Source of the DNA: Eukaryota sp. GEM-RC1
Lineage: Eukaryota
Reading direction: 5' to 3'
Length of the DNA stretch: 64,000 nt
NCBI GenBank assembly: GCA_040285855.1
Contig: JAUFOQ010000017.1
Location: forward strand, 1,736,001-1,800,000
Every line of letters starts with the position of its first letter. The first letter of the stretch is position 1. Of this stretch, positions 11,643-24,014 are shown one piece after another. A program made the position numbers and the translations under genes. The notes below the pieces were generated by a model, which had not been told where the DNA came from, searched no databases, and saw only the letters and a list, made by a program, of their open reading frames with translations.

Positions 11643-11910
11643 TATTCGGTACCCAAAAGTAACCTTCCAACAAAAATATGAATTTGCAAGAACAAAGAAC
11701 AAATACTACGACTAAATCCATACGACTTCATTCTTATCTGGTTAAAGATTTAGTTTCTTGACATTAAACCTCACACCTTTCTTGTAAAATCCCTCAACTA
11801 AACCAGGAATTTTTTAATCTCTAGCGTTTTAGAGCTGTATTTTGATATCTATTTTTGTCCCTCATTTAACAGGGGTCAATTAAAAAAGCAGCGAACTCGG
11901 GACTATTTTT
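11643..11910 (-). mobile_element. Diverged 3' remnant of CRE-like family B, tail-to-tail with family A
   Basis: 11643-11810 aligns with 29030-29200 including the terminal hairpin; 11880-11909 (TTAAAAAAGCAGCGAACTCGGGACTATTT) matches ~29893-29921. Confidence 0.7.
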
Positions 11911-11926
11911 ATTTTACAATAACAAA

Positions 11927-14900
11927 CTAACCAAAAGATCGTACAAATTCAGCCAACATTTCATTTGAATCAACAATACTCTGAGGAATCATTGAAATCA
12001 GCTGGAAACTGATCTCTTCTTCGTCTTTTAAAGTCCTCAACATTCTTCTAAACACAAAGAAGTAAAGGCATATTGCTACCAAGAAGAACAAAATCAACAA
12101 CATTACAGTTAAAAGTCGTTGATTGGAAATCACCGTGTTGAGCTCTTCTTGATAAAGATCCAAAGAGTCTAGAGATAGTGTCGTTAAACCTCTACCTACA
12201 TCTACTAACTCTTGAATAGACGGATTATCAAAGTTCCAATAGATTCCGTCCTCCTGATTAACTATCGAAGAACATCGAATGATGAACTTAGTAATTAAGA
12301 AGTTTAAACCAAATTGCTCAGTAGTTGAACTATTGAATTCATTGACATTGAATCGTGTGTTAAACAAGAGCTCATTTTGGGGGGCATACCGACCGGCAGA
12401 AACGTCATGAAGCTGAAATTTGGTCTGAAACAGTAAGGAAGTATGAGCACTTTCGAGTTGAACCAAGTTTCTTTCCAATAATCTCAACGTAGCCACACGT
12501 GTTCTCGGAATAAACACGGCATCTAAAACCTGTCCAATAATTCTGAAAGTCAAAGTAACTCTATATCCACTCAATTGTAGTTGGGTAGGCCACGGTTCCA
12601 AACTGACAGTGTTATAATAGCAAACTCCAAAGAATAAAGAAAGAGTAAACCCAAGGAGAAGTAAAGAAAAGGCACTTTGCTTGTTAAACTGCTTAATCAT
12701 CATTAAATTGATGACTTGCTTGATATGAGTGGAAGATTTTCTAGGAGGTAAACAGACAAATATGAACAACACTAATAGAATTGAAGAGAATAATAACAAG
12801 GACAAAACCAAATATTGAGACAATTGGAAATATACAGGATTTTTGAATAATTCCAAAACACTGGCAAATTCAGACAGAATATCAGAAATTGGATCAGCAA
12901 GAAAATCATCATAACTGACAGCAATCATAGTGAAAAAATCACGTGACATGATTAAAGTTCTTGCCAATTCCAATTTTTCATCATCATTTCTATAATTCAT
13001 GTCGTAACTTTTGTTGGTGTAGCGATGTGATAAAGAAACATCACGTTGATTCAATCGGATGACGTGATAGTCGACCTCCTGACTAACATCCCAATCGACA
13101 TCAATCAATTCTGACGTAACATCCATGGGGAAATCAAAAGCAGAACAAGCAAGAGTTAGTGAGATGTTTTGTACGTGGAATATCTTACTGAAAGAGTCAT
13201 CAAGAGAATCAAACAGGTCATCAACACGTTGCAATACGTCATCAACCAATGTTCCACGAGTTTCTAGTAAAGATTTAATATTCCTAATATTTGTCTCGAA
13301 AGTTTTCCTGAAAATCCAATAATCTTGATAAGCACTTAAAAGTCCTTCAGTAGCAAACCTATCGGAATGAAATCTAAGGGAAGACAGAGATTGCCTAGCG
13401 AAAAGAAATAGTCAAGAAGATTCAAAACGACTGATGACGTGGTATCAATCGAATTCAACTCAGACCGATGATGAACAAAGATTAAAAGACAAGATAAAGA
13501 TAGAAAAAGCAACGTGACGCATAACGTGATCAGAATCAAACGAAGACTAGGGTGGTGGCGTAATTGAAAATTGAAACAAAAAGGAATTGACAAAAGCAAA
13601 ACAAATGAAATTGAAATAAATACGGCAATCCAAAATTGAAGAAAAATAGAAGAAAAATAGTGTAGAATGTTTTCATCAATATGATTGTCCAATAAGTCAA
13701 AAACAAGTTCCTGATTTTGATTCAACTTTTGTAATTCACGAAAATATCTATCAGAACCGATGGTTGTTCGAATCACTTTGAACTTTTCTTCATCAATCAG
13801 ATCTGAATCAGTTTCCAAGTCGGAATACCAATGGTCAATGTAATTAAAAGTGATTAAATCATCAAATAAAGTGGTTTCAGACTTTAAATCATAAGTAAAT
13901 GCTTTAATTTCAAGTAATTCCTCTGAATCCAATTGATAAACTTGAACAGCCAAGACTTGAGCAATAGTATCAAAATACAGTAATCGGTCTCTAGAAACAG
14001 AAGTGTCGGCAATCAACATCTTGATTTGATTGGAGACGTCATAGTCATAGAATATAGATTCCAGTAGAATCTCACGTGTACCTGAATTAAGGAAAGACCA
14101 ATAACTCTGATAAAAAAAGAGATCGCCAGAATTAACCAGACCATATGTCCTAGATGTTAAAACATAATCCAAAACAAATAATTCTACAACGGAATTTTGT
14201 AGATATTCGCCTGATGTTAACGCAGAGATGTAATGTTCGTGATTAAAAGATACTGAATTGAAGCTAAACACCAGAGATAATGACAGTAGAATTAAAAAGG
14301 CAACAACAAGAAGAGTGGAAAAACTGAAGCGATATTTCACCTGAAACTCATCATAATGTGTATCATAATCACGATCAGATTTGATTGAAAGAGTGACAGA
14401 CTCATCAGTTCTGACCTCTTCTGAATGAGAGATTTCCTCACACAAATGTGATTCTTCGTCTTCATTAGTTTCAGAAACCTCATCAAAATCATATCCAGCA
14501 TGTTGAGAACGAGCAAATTTCTTAATTTTTAAAGACAAATCTGAAACAATTGAGTGACACGTGTCAGAAGGAACCCAAAGAAACAAATTTAAAACTGATT
14601 GTCGTTCATAGGAAATTTTTGCAATAATTCTATAGAAACCTAAAAATCCAATGATAAAGAGACAAATAACAGAAGAAATTGATGAAAGCAAGATTATTAA
14701 TTTTGTCGAATCAAAAAATGATTGAGACGATTCCAAGATAGTTTCCCAAAGAATGGAACCTCCTGTATTCAAAATTCTACGGTTATCGGTGAAAAATCGG
14801 AAAAAACGATTGGAATCAACAGCCACGTCGTCATAATCAAAAGATGAAATATAATTAAACACACTGCTAGCAAACGAAGACACCAGATCCCAGTAATTAA

Positions 14901-17318
14901 TTAGATCAGGTTTGTTATAAGAAGGGACAGTATTTAGATGAGTAAAGGCTACCATTGTTGGATTTCTAATAAAGTTATTAATTAACTCGTCATTAATTCT
15001 ATCTAGTGGAGCTTCGTTTACTCTTGGGCAGATAAATGAACTAGTCGTGGTTAAAGCGTCAGCTGACATGAAGATTCTTCTAGCGTGGTAATTGATATGC
15101 TCTGCTGTTTCAACTATTTCCTTTTTAAAATGAGGTTCTAAAGTAGAATTGTAAAAGATGGAGTACATTCTTGCTTCAACAACGGCTTTGTTAGACATAG
15201 CCAAGACGTGAGAGCTTTCCAAGAGTTGTTGGACTCTGTTGCTGACGTCATGCAACGTGTCAGAAAAGAACCAGAAAGAAATGAGGGAAACAATGAATAG
15301 TAGTCCAAAAGAGCCAAAAATCATACGTGATAGAACGGAAACCAAATCACGATGATCATTACTTGATGAAGAGCTCAAATCAACACCTTTTCTTCGTCGC
15401 ATCCGACGTCGTGCTTTCGTGAAACTGGATTTGGAAAGCACTGAGCTCCTTTGTGATTGAGCATCAGATGAGCCATTCGTTGATTGGATTTCAAGACTTT
15501 CCATTATAGAAGTGGCAAGTTCATCGTCCATTTTAATATCTTTACAAAATACAGAATAAGAAAGGAGCAAGTCACGATGTCCTGGAAAACTTCCCAATAA
15601 AGTGGTGTAAAGATGATCAGCTTTCAGTTTTTTAACCCTGAGCTTATCTGTAATCAAAGGAAGTCGTGAGAGGTCAACAGTTTCGTTTAAGAGAACATTC
15701 CAGAACTGAGAAAGTGCTTCTAAACAGTCTTGGTGAAGCTCCTTGACTTCTCGAAAATTCTTTTGAAACGTAGTTGATGACTTGGCATCGAGGTAATCTT
15801 CGCCAGTATTAGATTTTCTTCTAATAGCTTCAGAAGATTTCTGATAGAAGAACAATAGGTAACGCTGACGGAAGGATAAATCAACTTCGAGATTATTAAT
15901 GATTGAGCTCAATGAAATGATTGATAAGTGATTTTCTTTGACAAATGTTTCAAAATTACATTTATATAAATGACCTTCAATTGAATCAGGAAACGTGACG
16001 ATTCCATGCTCCATGATTTGACTGGCAACGTCAACTTGACCACGTTTACATTTGTGTGGTTTTGGCTGCAAAAACCGAGCGAATAATTCAATTTGAAACA
16101 AGAACTTCAGAGGAAGATCGACATCTGGACTGATTACATCTTGTGTTGGAATCACGCCATCATCTGAGCTGCCAACGTAATCACCATCATCATCAACACC
16201 GATTGAAACAGTATGATTGGTTTGACTCCTACCTTTAGTTACCTTGCTAGAATTAAGATTGTAAAATGAATTCAGACTGTAGTTGTTGTAAATAGTTGAT
16301 ACTAACAATAAGGAAACAACAGCAAGTATTACGGAAACAAAAGTCCAGACAATAAGGATAAGAAAACCGGATTGATCATCAGTTAAGGAAAAGTATGATG
16401 TGATTAAAATATTTCCTAATAAAGTGATTGATGACGTAGGCCACTGAGATATCAATACGCAAAAGACTTGGTTTGATTGCTTCTTGTAGAAAGGTATTGT
16501 TTTAATGAAAAGAACAGGAACAATGAAAGAAGCCAAGATATATATAGATCGGAAGAGCCACAATCTAAAAGGAAACAAAAGAAAGAGAAAACAATGACGT
16601 TTTTGGAAATGAAGAGCCAGAAGTGACTCAGTGAGGTAGATCGAGACCACAATCTTTTTGATAGAGGTGACACGTCAGCACACGTGTAGAAGACGAAAGT
16701 AATCAAAAATAGCACAACAATTACAATAAGAGACACTGTTTTGACTACAAATGCTGCAAGACTCCAACAATCTATTTGAGAGAAGAAAGGGTAAAAGTAA
16801 AGAGGAGGATCAGAATCAGAGGGAAGACACGTGAGAGATGATGTGAGGATTGAAACGAAAGGAACATAGAGAAAAGAACAAAAGAGAGTAATGATAGCCT
16901 TGAGAATGAGGGATCCTATGTTGTACCTACCGCTCTCCTTTTCACTGAAAAGGAAGACACACAAAGACAACAAGGAGATGAAAGCAACTGAAACTGTAAG
17001 AACAGTGAAGTATGATGCCCATGAATAGAGCTGTGAGCTGGCTATTGAAACGGGAAGTGCAAAGACTTTAACGAATCGAAAATCGAACAAGTCATCCCAA
17101 TGACTGATGTTGGAATCATTAATTACTAAACCACACAGCTGAAGAATCTCTAGAATGACCAGAAAGAGCGCGAGAAACTGGAACCTCTTCGTGTCAACAA
17201 AGATTCTTTTGATGAAGTGAAACGCCTGTATTTCAAGTTTCTGCATGGTAGAGACAGATCGATGATGTAGACCAGTGGAATTGGAAGGAGCTTCGCTGGT
17301 GGGTGGTTGATTGACCAT
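11927..17318 (-). CDS. Large multi-pass membrane protein of the TmcB/TmcC (tiny macrocysts)-like family; one gene with two apparent 1-nt frame breaks (~16578, ~13402)
   Basis: Three ORFs join into ~1800 aa if one T is added in each of two TTTCTTTT tracts; N-terminal TM bundle, FW..L....VDL / LL..Y..F..DI..D.E.A helical domain, C-terminal E...S..LISMIP..IV..N. Confidence 0.75.
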
Positions 17319-17372
17319 GATATCTTTGGAAAGAAAAACTCAAATCCCAATTCATTTTAATTCAACACTTGT

Positions 17373-17770
17373 TCAAAAATAGCAACTTTGGACATACAAG
17401 AACTTTTCTACTTTCAGACTTCCTGAGAAGTCTTCAAACTTTGAGTCGTTTGCATTAGTTTCATGTTCAAAAGCTTCTAATAAGACCTTCATTGATGACG
17501 TCATCAATGAATGTTCACTCAAATGATTGTCTTTAGAATGTGTTTTCAACGTGTGTTTGTCAAACCTTATAGTTCCAGTTCGAGTATATTTTCCACTAGT
17601 CGATATTTTGGATTCTTTCGGGCCAACAACTTGTTCCAACTGCTTTAAGTCAACAAAAGCCACGTGTTTTAACACGTGATCGGGTTCAAAGCTTACACAA
17701 TACTTACAGTACAAACACCAAAGTATTGTTCCCTAACAAGCATCTTCCATTAATCAAATGATGGAAAGAA
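17373..17770 (-). pseudogene. Possible remnant of a transposase N-terminal zinc finger (CxxC...H....H)
   Basis: LWCLYCKYC...KHTLKTHSKDNH, no ATG start, upstream stop, adjacent to a TIR element. Confidence 0.3.
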
Positions 17771-18095
17771 ATCAATGAAATATAAGAAGAGATCATCAAA
17801 TATGTAACTGATTGTGGATTGGATCAGGATAAATGTGGTTCAAAATGAGAAAGGCATGTTTTGTTGAGAGTTCATTTCGACAAGTAACAACAGAGTAGGT
17901 CAAGTGATTCCTTCAGGTACAGAAAACGATGATTGTATGGTGACAGAAGTTCACAGAACATTGAATGATGGACATCCAAAAGAAACAACCACGTTGAAGT
18001 GATGGAATTGGTTCAAATGAAAGGTTCAAAAGGCAAAAATTGACGTCACCAAAACGTCATGTTATGCTGGTTAGATTCTCCTTGGGACCTTGAAT

Positions 18096-18475
18096 CTATG
18101 TTCGAGTCACCTCAACACGTGTTGGCCCAACACGTGTTGGATATGTCATTCTTCTATGTCACTTCAATGAAATTGGCTAAATTTCTACTGTTCTTGATAA
18201 AACTATATTGATTAAAGGTAGAAAATTCAAGTTTACTCCAAAGTTTACTTAAATGTATGGATTATGGAGAATTATTGATGAGCTTTTCATGTTATCAGTT
18301 CTGGAATCGTTTAAAATCAGTTCTAATTTATCAATTTGGTTCGGGTGTAACATGAGGGAAAAAATAGATGGGTTTTTCTGTTGGTTGATCTTAAAGTGAG
18401 TTATTCTGGTCTTCTGCTCAGAATTTATTCAACACGTGTTGAATATTTTCCAACACCGTGTTGAACCGAACATAG
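18096..18475. mobile_element. hAT-type MITE with CAACACGTGTTG palindromic subterminal repeats
   Basis: TIR CTATGTTCG/CGAACATAG; 8-bp TSD CCTTGAAT at 18088-18095 and 18476-18483; palindrome present twice at each end (one imperfect). Confidence 0.85.
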
Positions 18476-18679
18476 CCTTGAATCGGATATCATAGTACCA
18501 TGTTGTTCTCACTTGTAACAACAGAAGTCATAGACACATACAGTGAAATATGGACAATACAACTCGTCCATGTCATTCTTCTCAATAATATGATCGACAA
18601 CAATCGAAGATGACCTGCTGAGCAATCAATGCAGAAGAATCACATACCGAAAAACAAAAGCAAGCAACAGAATTGTGAA

Positions 18680-18753
18680 TCCCGCGTGGCGCAATTGGTT
18701 AACGCGTTCGACTCTTAATCGAACGATTGAGGGTTCGAGTCCCTCCGCGGGAG
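18680..18753 (+). tRNA. tRNA-Lys (CTT)
   Basis: Acceptor TCCCGCG/CGCGGGA, anticodon arm TTCGA-CTCTTAA-TCGAA, T arm GAGGG-TTCGAGT-CCCTC, T5 terminator. Confidence 0.96.
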
Positions 18754-18802
18754 AACATTTTTATGATTACATTGGCTAAAAAATTCAAACACAATTGATA
18801 AA

Positions 18803-19609
18803 GAGACTGCTAGTCTAGGTGACTAAATTGACAACTTACCACACAACATTGACTAAAAACACAATTTAGCAACACGACAATTTTCGGTGATGTGAACTAT
18901 GGAAGTTGTACAAGAAATGAACTATGAAGATACTGATACTGTATTAGACCAAAAGCTGTATGCTTGAGGCTTGCCCACAAGTTTAGTTGTAAAGATCCAC
19001 ATTGAAGGTGGAACCAAGCTATCAGAAGACGATGTACATCCTCAATGGCAGATAAATGGAGAAGAATCTCAGAACATACTTAACCAAGTTCCTCCTGAAA
19101 AGATACAAGAAGATGGTGTTGAAATGCAAGAAGAACAAAGTAGATTCCAGGAACTGTGGAACGCAATTCACAATCTTACGGAGTTCAAGAAGTGTTGTTG
19201 CCTAAACTCGAGTTGGTTTTGCAAGAAGTACAATCAATTCCTCAAGCACCTAACAGGGAAGAACTTCGTTAAACTGGTGGGATCCAGAGGAAGTTTAACT
19301 CCTCAATTCGAAGTCGTCGAAAATGAGAACCTAAATACAAGAAAATGTGGTATATGTCAAGCTAGAGGTCACAACAGAAGAACTTGTCCTTGAAGCGAAG
19401 CACTGTCCAAAGTGTAGCTAGAGTAGAAACATAAATGCATTGTATTGGCAGAAAAAATAAACTAATTTTGATTGAGTATCATATAGCATCATATAGCCAT
19501 CTCATGATTGAGAGGTAAGAAAGAATTGTTGCACAACTAAAAATTGTCGTGTTGCTAAATTGTGTTTTTAGTCAATGTTGTGTGGTAAGTTGTCAATTTA
19601 GTCAGTCTC
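18803..19609 (+). mobile_element. Mutator-like (MULE) internal-deletion derivative
   Basis: ~65-bp identical long TIR core with GAGACT termini; near-TSD TTGATAAA/TTAATAAA; the internal ORF 18971-19393 ends in zinc knuckle RKCGICQARGHNRRTCP, typical of MULE transposase C-termini. Confidence 0.85.
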
Positions 19610-19991
19610 TTAATAAAATCCTATATGTCAATCGTATTTTTGAAATACTCCGGTGATAGGAACCTCTTAAAACGTTGGAGATGACAAAGCAATTGTGTTG
19701 TAACGTTGGATGTGTTGAAACTTATATGATGTAGTTCTTGATGAAACTAATGAAATATTCAAATCCGATAGTTGTAAAATTGAACTTCTTTGGAAGACCC
19801 AAATTTCCAATTGCTCAGTGTGTACATTTACTATTGGTAATAATGAGGTTTTTTCTTCTTCTTTGAGATAAGAATGCTCTGAGACGTTCATACTTGTAAT
19901 AGACAAAGACAATAGTAGGTATGAAAATTCGACAGATTTGGTGGAAAAAAGATTATTATTATTATTATAGAAATTATGAATATTAGTATAA

Positions 19992-20616
19992 GAGTTTATT
20001 TGCAACAATAAATTAATACATACTGTTTCAGAAAATGAAAGAAGTTAAATTCTCCACATCAACACGAAAATTGTCCCTATACAACTTCGAATAAATGGAA
20101 CATAAATACTTGGGAATGCTTCTATAAAGAGCAAACATAATTCGATTAATCCATACAGCGCTATTAAACACCTTGCCATTAGAACGACATAAAAGACTAA
20201 AATCACTGAAAAACTTTAAACCGGCTGGACCAATATTACCAAAAATTGAAATTGCAAATGGAACAAATGAAAACTTAGAATATAGATTTTCATTAAGCTT
20301 CTGCAAAGCATCCGCATAATTTGAACACTTTCGCTGTTCAGCCTTTTCCAGATGACCATTCGAATCATTCAGTATGGAGTCTTCGTAGACTTTTGCAAAC
20401 GAGTCAACTGTAGTAAAATCAACCACAACTTGAGATGAATCCAGAAAGGAGCAATACGTCACCACGCCGAGAATCAAACACGTTATTGTCACTATAATGT
20501 TTCAGAAGAGGTTCAATTTTACAACTATAGTTGTAGGATTTGAACATTTCATAAGTAACGTCACGAACAGCGTTATGTAGAACAGATCGAAATTGCAAAA
20601 ATTTCTTGCAACTAAC
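19992..20616 (-). mobile_element. 5'-truncated CRE-like retrotransposon, family C (endonuclease region)
   Basis: Translates LVSCKKFLQFRSVLHNAVRD...RRGDVLL / VDFTTVD...AEQRK...VPFAISIFG; (ATT)n tracts flank both sides. Confidence 0.85.
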
Positions 20617-20849
20617 AACATAAATTATTATTATTATTATAACAAATTATTTTGGAAAAAGATATTATTTCGATAAAACTATCGTTGTTACGGTCTGTAA
20701 AATAATTCCCCTAATCATCTCCAAAGCATTACTAGCTGTGAGTTCCTTTATGAGAACAAAGCTGTTGTAAGACTTGACAGTGACGGATGTTGTTTTAATG
20801 ATATCAAATTTTAGGTTTCTCAGTATATTCCATTTATGAAGTTTTATTA

Positions 20850-23082
20850 GGCACAAAGAAATTACCTCATGCTCTTTGCTCTTCTAGATTAGTGGCTTTA
20901 AGCAAACCAAATGGAGGTGTGAGACCAATTGCAGTGGGTGAAACAATTTCTCGTATTTTTTCAACTTTGTGCTTTAGGAGAGTCAGAGATTCCTCTGTTG
21001 AATTCTTTAGACCGTTTCAATTTGCAGTTGGAGTTCCTGATGGTACTACGTGTGCTGCTTTAACCTCTGATTTTCTTTTTCATTCAAATGAGGAAAATGC
21101 CATTTTGAACATTGATTTTAAAAATGCATTTAATTGTGTTTTAAGATCAACTATATCTGACGAACTTTCTAAATTTTTTCCTCAGTTGATTCCCTATTTT
21201 AATATTTTTTATGGTAAAGCGTCGAATTTAATTTATGACAAGTTTGATATTAAATCAACTAGAGGGGTTAAGCAAGGTGATCCTTTGGGTCCTTTTTTGT
21301 TTTGTCTCGCTCTGCAAAAATTATTTAAAATCTTACAATTAGAATTTCCAACTGTTAAAATTTGTGCTTATGCTGATGATTCTTCGCTGATCGCTCCAGT
21401 TGACGTTCTCAAAAAGTGTTTTTCACGTTTCATCGAACTTTCTTTGAGTATTGGTTTAACAATCAATTTTGATAAGTGTTTTCTTGTTGTTAAGTCTTCG
21501 AATGTTTCTAATCTTGGTTTTTGTAATATTCCTATCATCGATTATTCTACTCAATGTTTTCGTTTCCTTGGCACGTTTTTGGGAAATTATGAGAAAATTC
21601 ATTCAGAATTGGAGAGTTCATTAACTACAATTGAAGAAAAACTAAATCAAATATTATCTTTAGATGTGAGCAAACATGTTTCCTTTGCTATGCTTCAGGT
21701 CTGTTTTTCTGGGAAAATTAATCATTTTTTACGTTCATTAGACTATTCCCTTACTGAAACATTTGCCAAGAAATTTAATTCTATTAGAACAAATTTTCTC
21801 TCTAACTTGGCTGAAATTGATGAGTCTAAGATTCCATTTCATGCTTTTTATTCTTCTGAATTCGCAGGAGTAGGTTTCACCCATGCAAAAATCATTAGAA
21901 AATCTGCTCTTTTAGGAGGTGTTAAGAATTTTATGTTTGAATTTTTGAAACGGTTTCCCTTGGATGGAATCAATCTGTTGAATTCCAGTAATTGCCGTTG
22001 GATTCAATCTGCTAAAGATTTGTTATCATCTTTGTCTCCTGAAATGTGGGAATCTTTGTTCCCTGCTCATTTGAAGGAGACTCCTTTAAAAAATATTTCA
22101 TCTCTACCATCTGCTGTATGTAAGCTGCAAAATAAATTGACAAGGAGTTTGAACTCTTGGACTTTAATAATCGTATTAGCTTGGCTAAAACTAATAGTCC
22201 CGAGTTCGCTGCTTTTTTAATCGATCTTTGTAATAGTGGACCTTCTGGATTTATTTCTCAAATTCCAAAGGTGTATGGATTACATCTATCTGATGAAGCT
22301 TGGATGATCAATATGCGTCTTCGTTTGGCTATTTGGCCTGCAAATTTATTAAACTATTCAACGTGCTCTTGTGGAGCTAATGGTGTTTTTCGTCATTTAA
22401 TTAATTGTCGTTATTTTATTCATCTCCGTGCAGTAATTCATGATGGTGTACGTGATTCTTGTTATTCCATGTTTAAAGCACATGGTTTTCACTCTAAAGT
22501 TGAACCAGTTTTGAATCATCTTTCAGAAAATGAATTTACTGATCAAAAACGAGGGGATCTACATACTCCGTGGCTTAAATCGAGTCAAGCATTAATGGAT
22601 TTTACTACAGTAGATGTATGTAACAAATCTTGTGTTAGTAGGATATTAGATTCTTCTTTTAATCCATTAACAGCAGCTGAAAAGCTCAAACACACCAAGT
22701 ATGACTCTCAAGTAGAAGAATTAAATAGAAACTCATATTCCAAATTTGTGTTTCAACCTTTTGCTGTTTCTCTTTTTGGATCTATTAGTCCTGCTGGTGA
22801 TCAATTTTTCAAGGATTTCGAAGAATTGTGTAAAGAAAAGAAGCGTAAGTTTAGAATGGCTGAATGGAAAAACCGTATAGTGTTTTCCATATATCGGAAT
22901 ATGCCTTTCTATTTGTCTAGATTAATTGAGAAATTGTACAAGTTTGGTGTGAAGGTTCATGTAGATAAACGTAATCTTTTACCGGGTGGTGATGAAGTCG
23001 TTTGGATTTAATCTTAGTATTATTTGTTTGTTTTTACAATTTCATAGTTTGTAGAAAGGTTACCTTATTGGGTGCCGAATAA
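20850..23082 (+). mobile_element. CRE-clade non-LTR retrotransposon, family B, RT-to-endonuclease region nearly intact (one frame break ~22143); 5' end uncertain
   Basis: SRLVALSKPNGGVRPIAVGE, QFAVG, DFKNAFN, GVKQGDPLGP, YADD, CSCG..HLINC..HDGVRD, RGDL..DFT..AEKLK; 3' hairpin at 23058-23076. Confidence 0.92.
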
Positions 23083-23710
23083 ACATCTCTCTCTTTATAA
23101 ATAGACTTTACAAAAGAAAGATGAAAATTGTTAATTTTATTTCGTTTTAATTTACTTGTGTTAACCTTGGATTCCTCGAAATTTATGGTTAATTTGACGA
23201 CAGTTGGTCCATATACACAAGTCTATACCAACTCAGAAATGAAAGATAATTTTTTAAACATTTTTGTTACGGAGAACCTTAAATACAGCTTAGTATGGAT
23301 GCTCAAAGGTTTTGAGCTTTTATTGATTTCTTGTGATTAATAGGATTATATTATAATCCCACCTAAAGTAAGCTTTCCAGTGTCTGTATTAAAGGGAATT
23401 CTGAGTTGGTGTGATGAACAGACTGAGTCAAAGTCCTCCATAGATGATATTCAATATCAGCATTAAGAAATTATTAAAAAAATAAATTCTTTTTATTGAT
23501 AGGCATGACGATAGAAAAAAGGGTGTGTGCAAAATTGAAAAGACATTGTGTCAAAAAGAAGTCTATAGTCTGCACTTGTTACACTAATTTAATTTACAAA
23601 AACCGAAGTTAATTTGGGATTTTAGAATTAAAAAAAAGACAGACAGTGTTTTCATCTGGAAGATCATAAAAATCAGAACAGACGCAAGAACAGCGATGAC
23701 TTGATGCACC

Positions 23711-23950
23711 CTAAAAGGGAGATAGAGCGCCATTGAATTGAGTGGGAGATGGAGTAGCAAAATCAGGAGTAACATGCTGACTGCTTGACAGAATTGGACT
23801 GAGGCCAATTCTTGTCCTTACATCTGACTGTGACTCATTGGTTCCAGAAACAGTTTGTTGGGATGACGAAACAAGCTTTCGTACTCGTTTTAATTCTTCT
23901 AAATCACTCGGTTGAAGTTGCAATCGGGATGGGGGCATAGCAAAAGACAT
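23711..23950 (-). CDS. Small protein resembling APC/C subunit CDC26 (APC12)
   Basis: N-terminal PSRLQLQPSDLEELKRVRK resembles the CDC26 PTRLEL..DDIEE motif, followed by a low-complexity tail; head-to-head with PAC2. Confidence 0.45.
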   Translation of the reverse strand: MSFAMPPSRLQLQPSDLEELKRVRKLVSSSQQTVSGTNESQSDVRTRIGLSPILSSSQHVTPDFATPSPTQFNGALSPF

Positions 23951-24014
23951 TAAAGAAGAAGTATATGGAAGTTGAAAAAATCGATTGATCTTTCATCTAT
24001 TTCTAGGCAGCACG

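Noticed and set aside
13401..16580. U-insertion RNA editing suggested by missing T at TTTCTTTT sites
   Set aside because: Other genes lack A or C or have an extra G or A in runs, so the pattern is not U-specific; homopolymer error is simpler.
20892..23011. Bacterial retron, group II intron or DGR reverse transcriptase; or a programmed two-ORF frameshift
   Set aside because: Motifs, the C-terminal restriction-like endonuclease, 5' truncation and TSDs fit CRE-type non-LTR elements; the sister copy near 29975 has the extra base, so the ORF is natively continuous.
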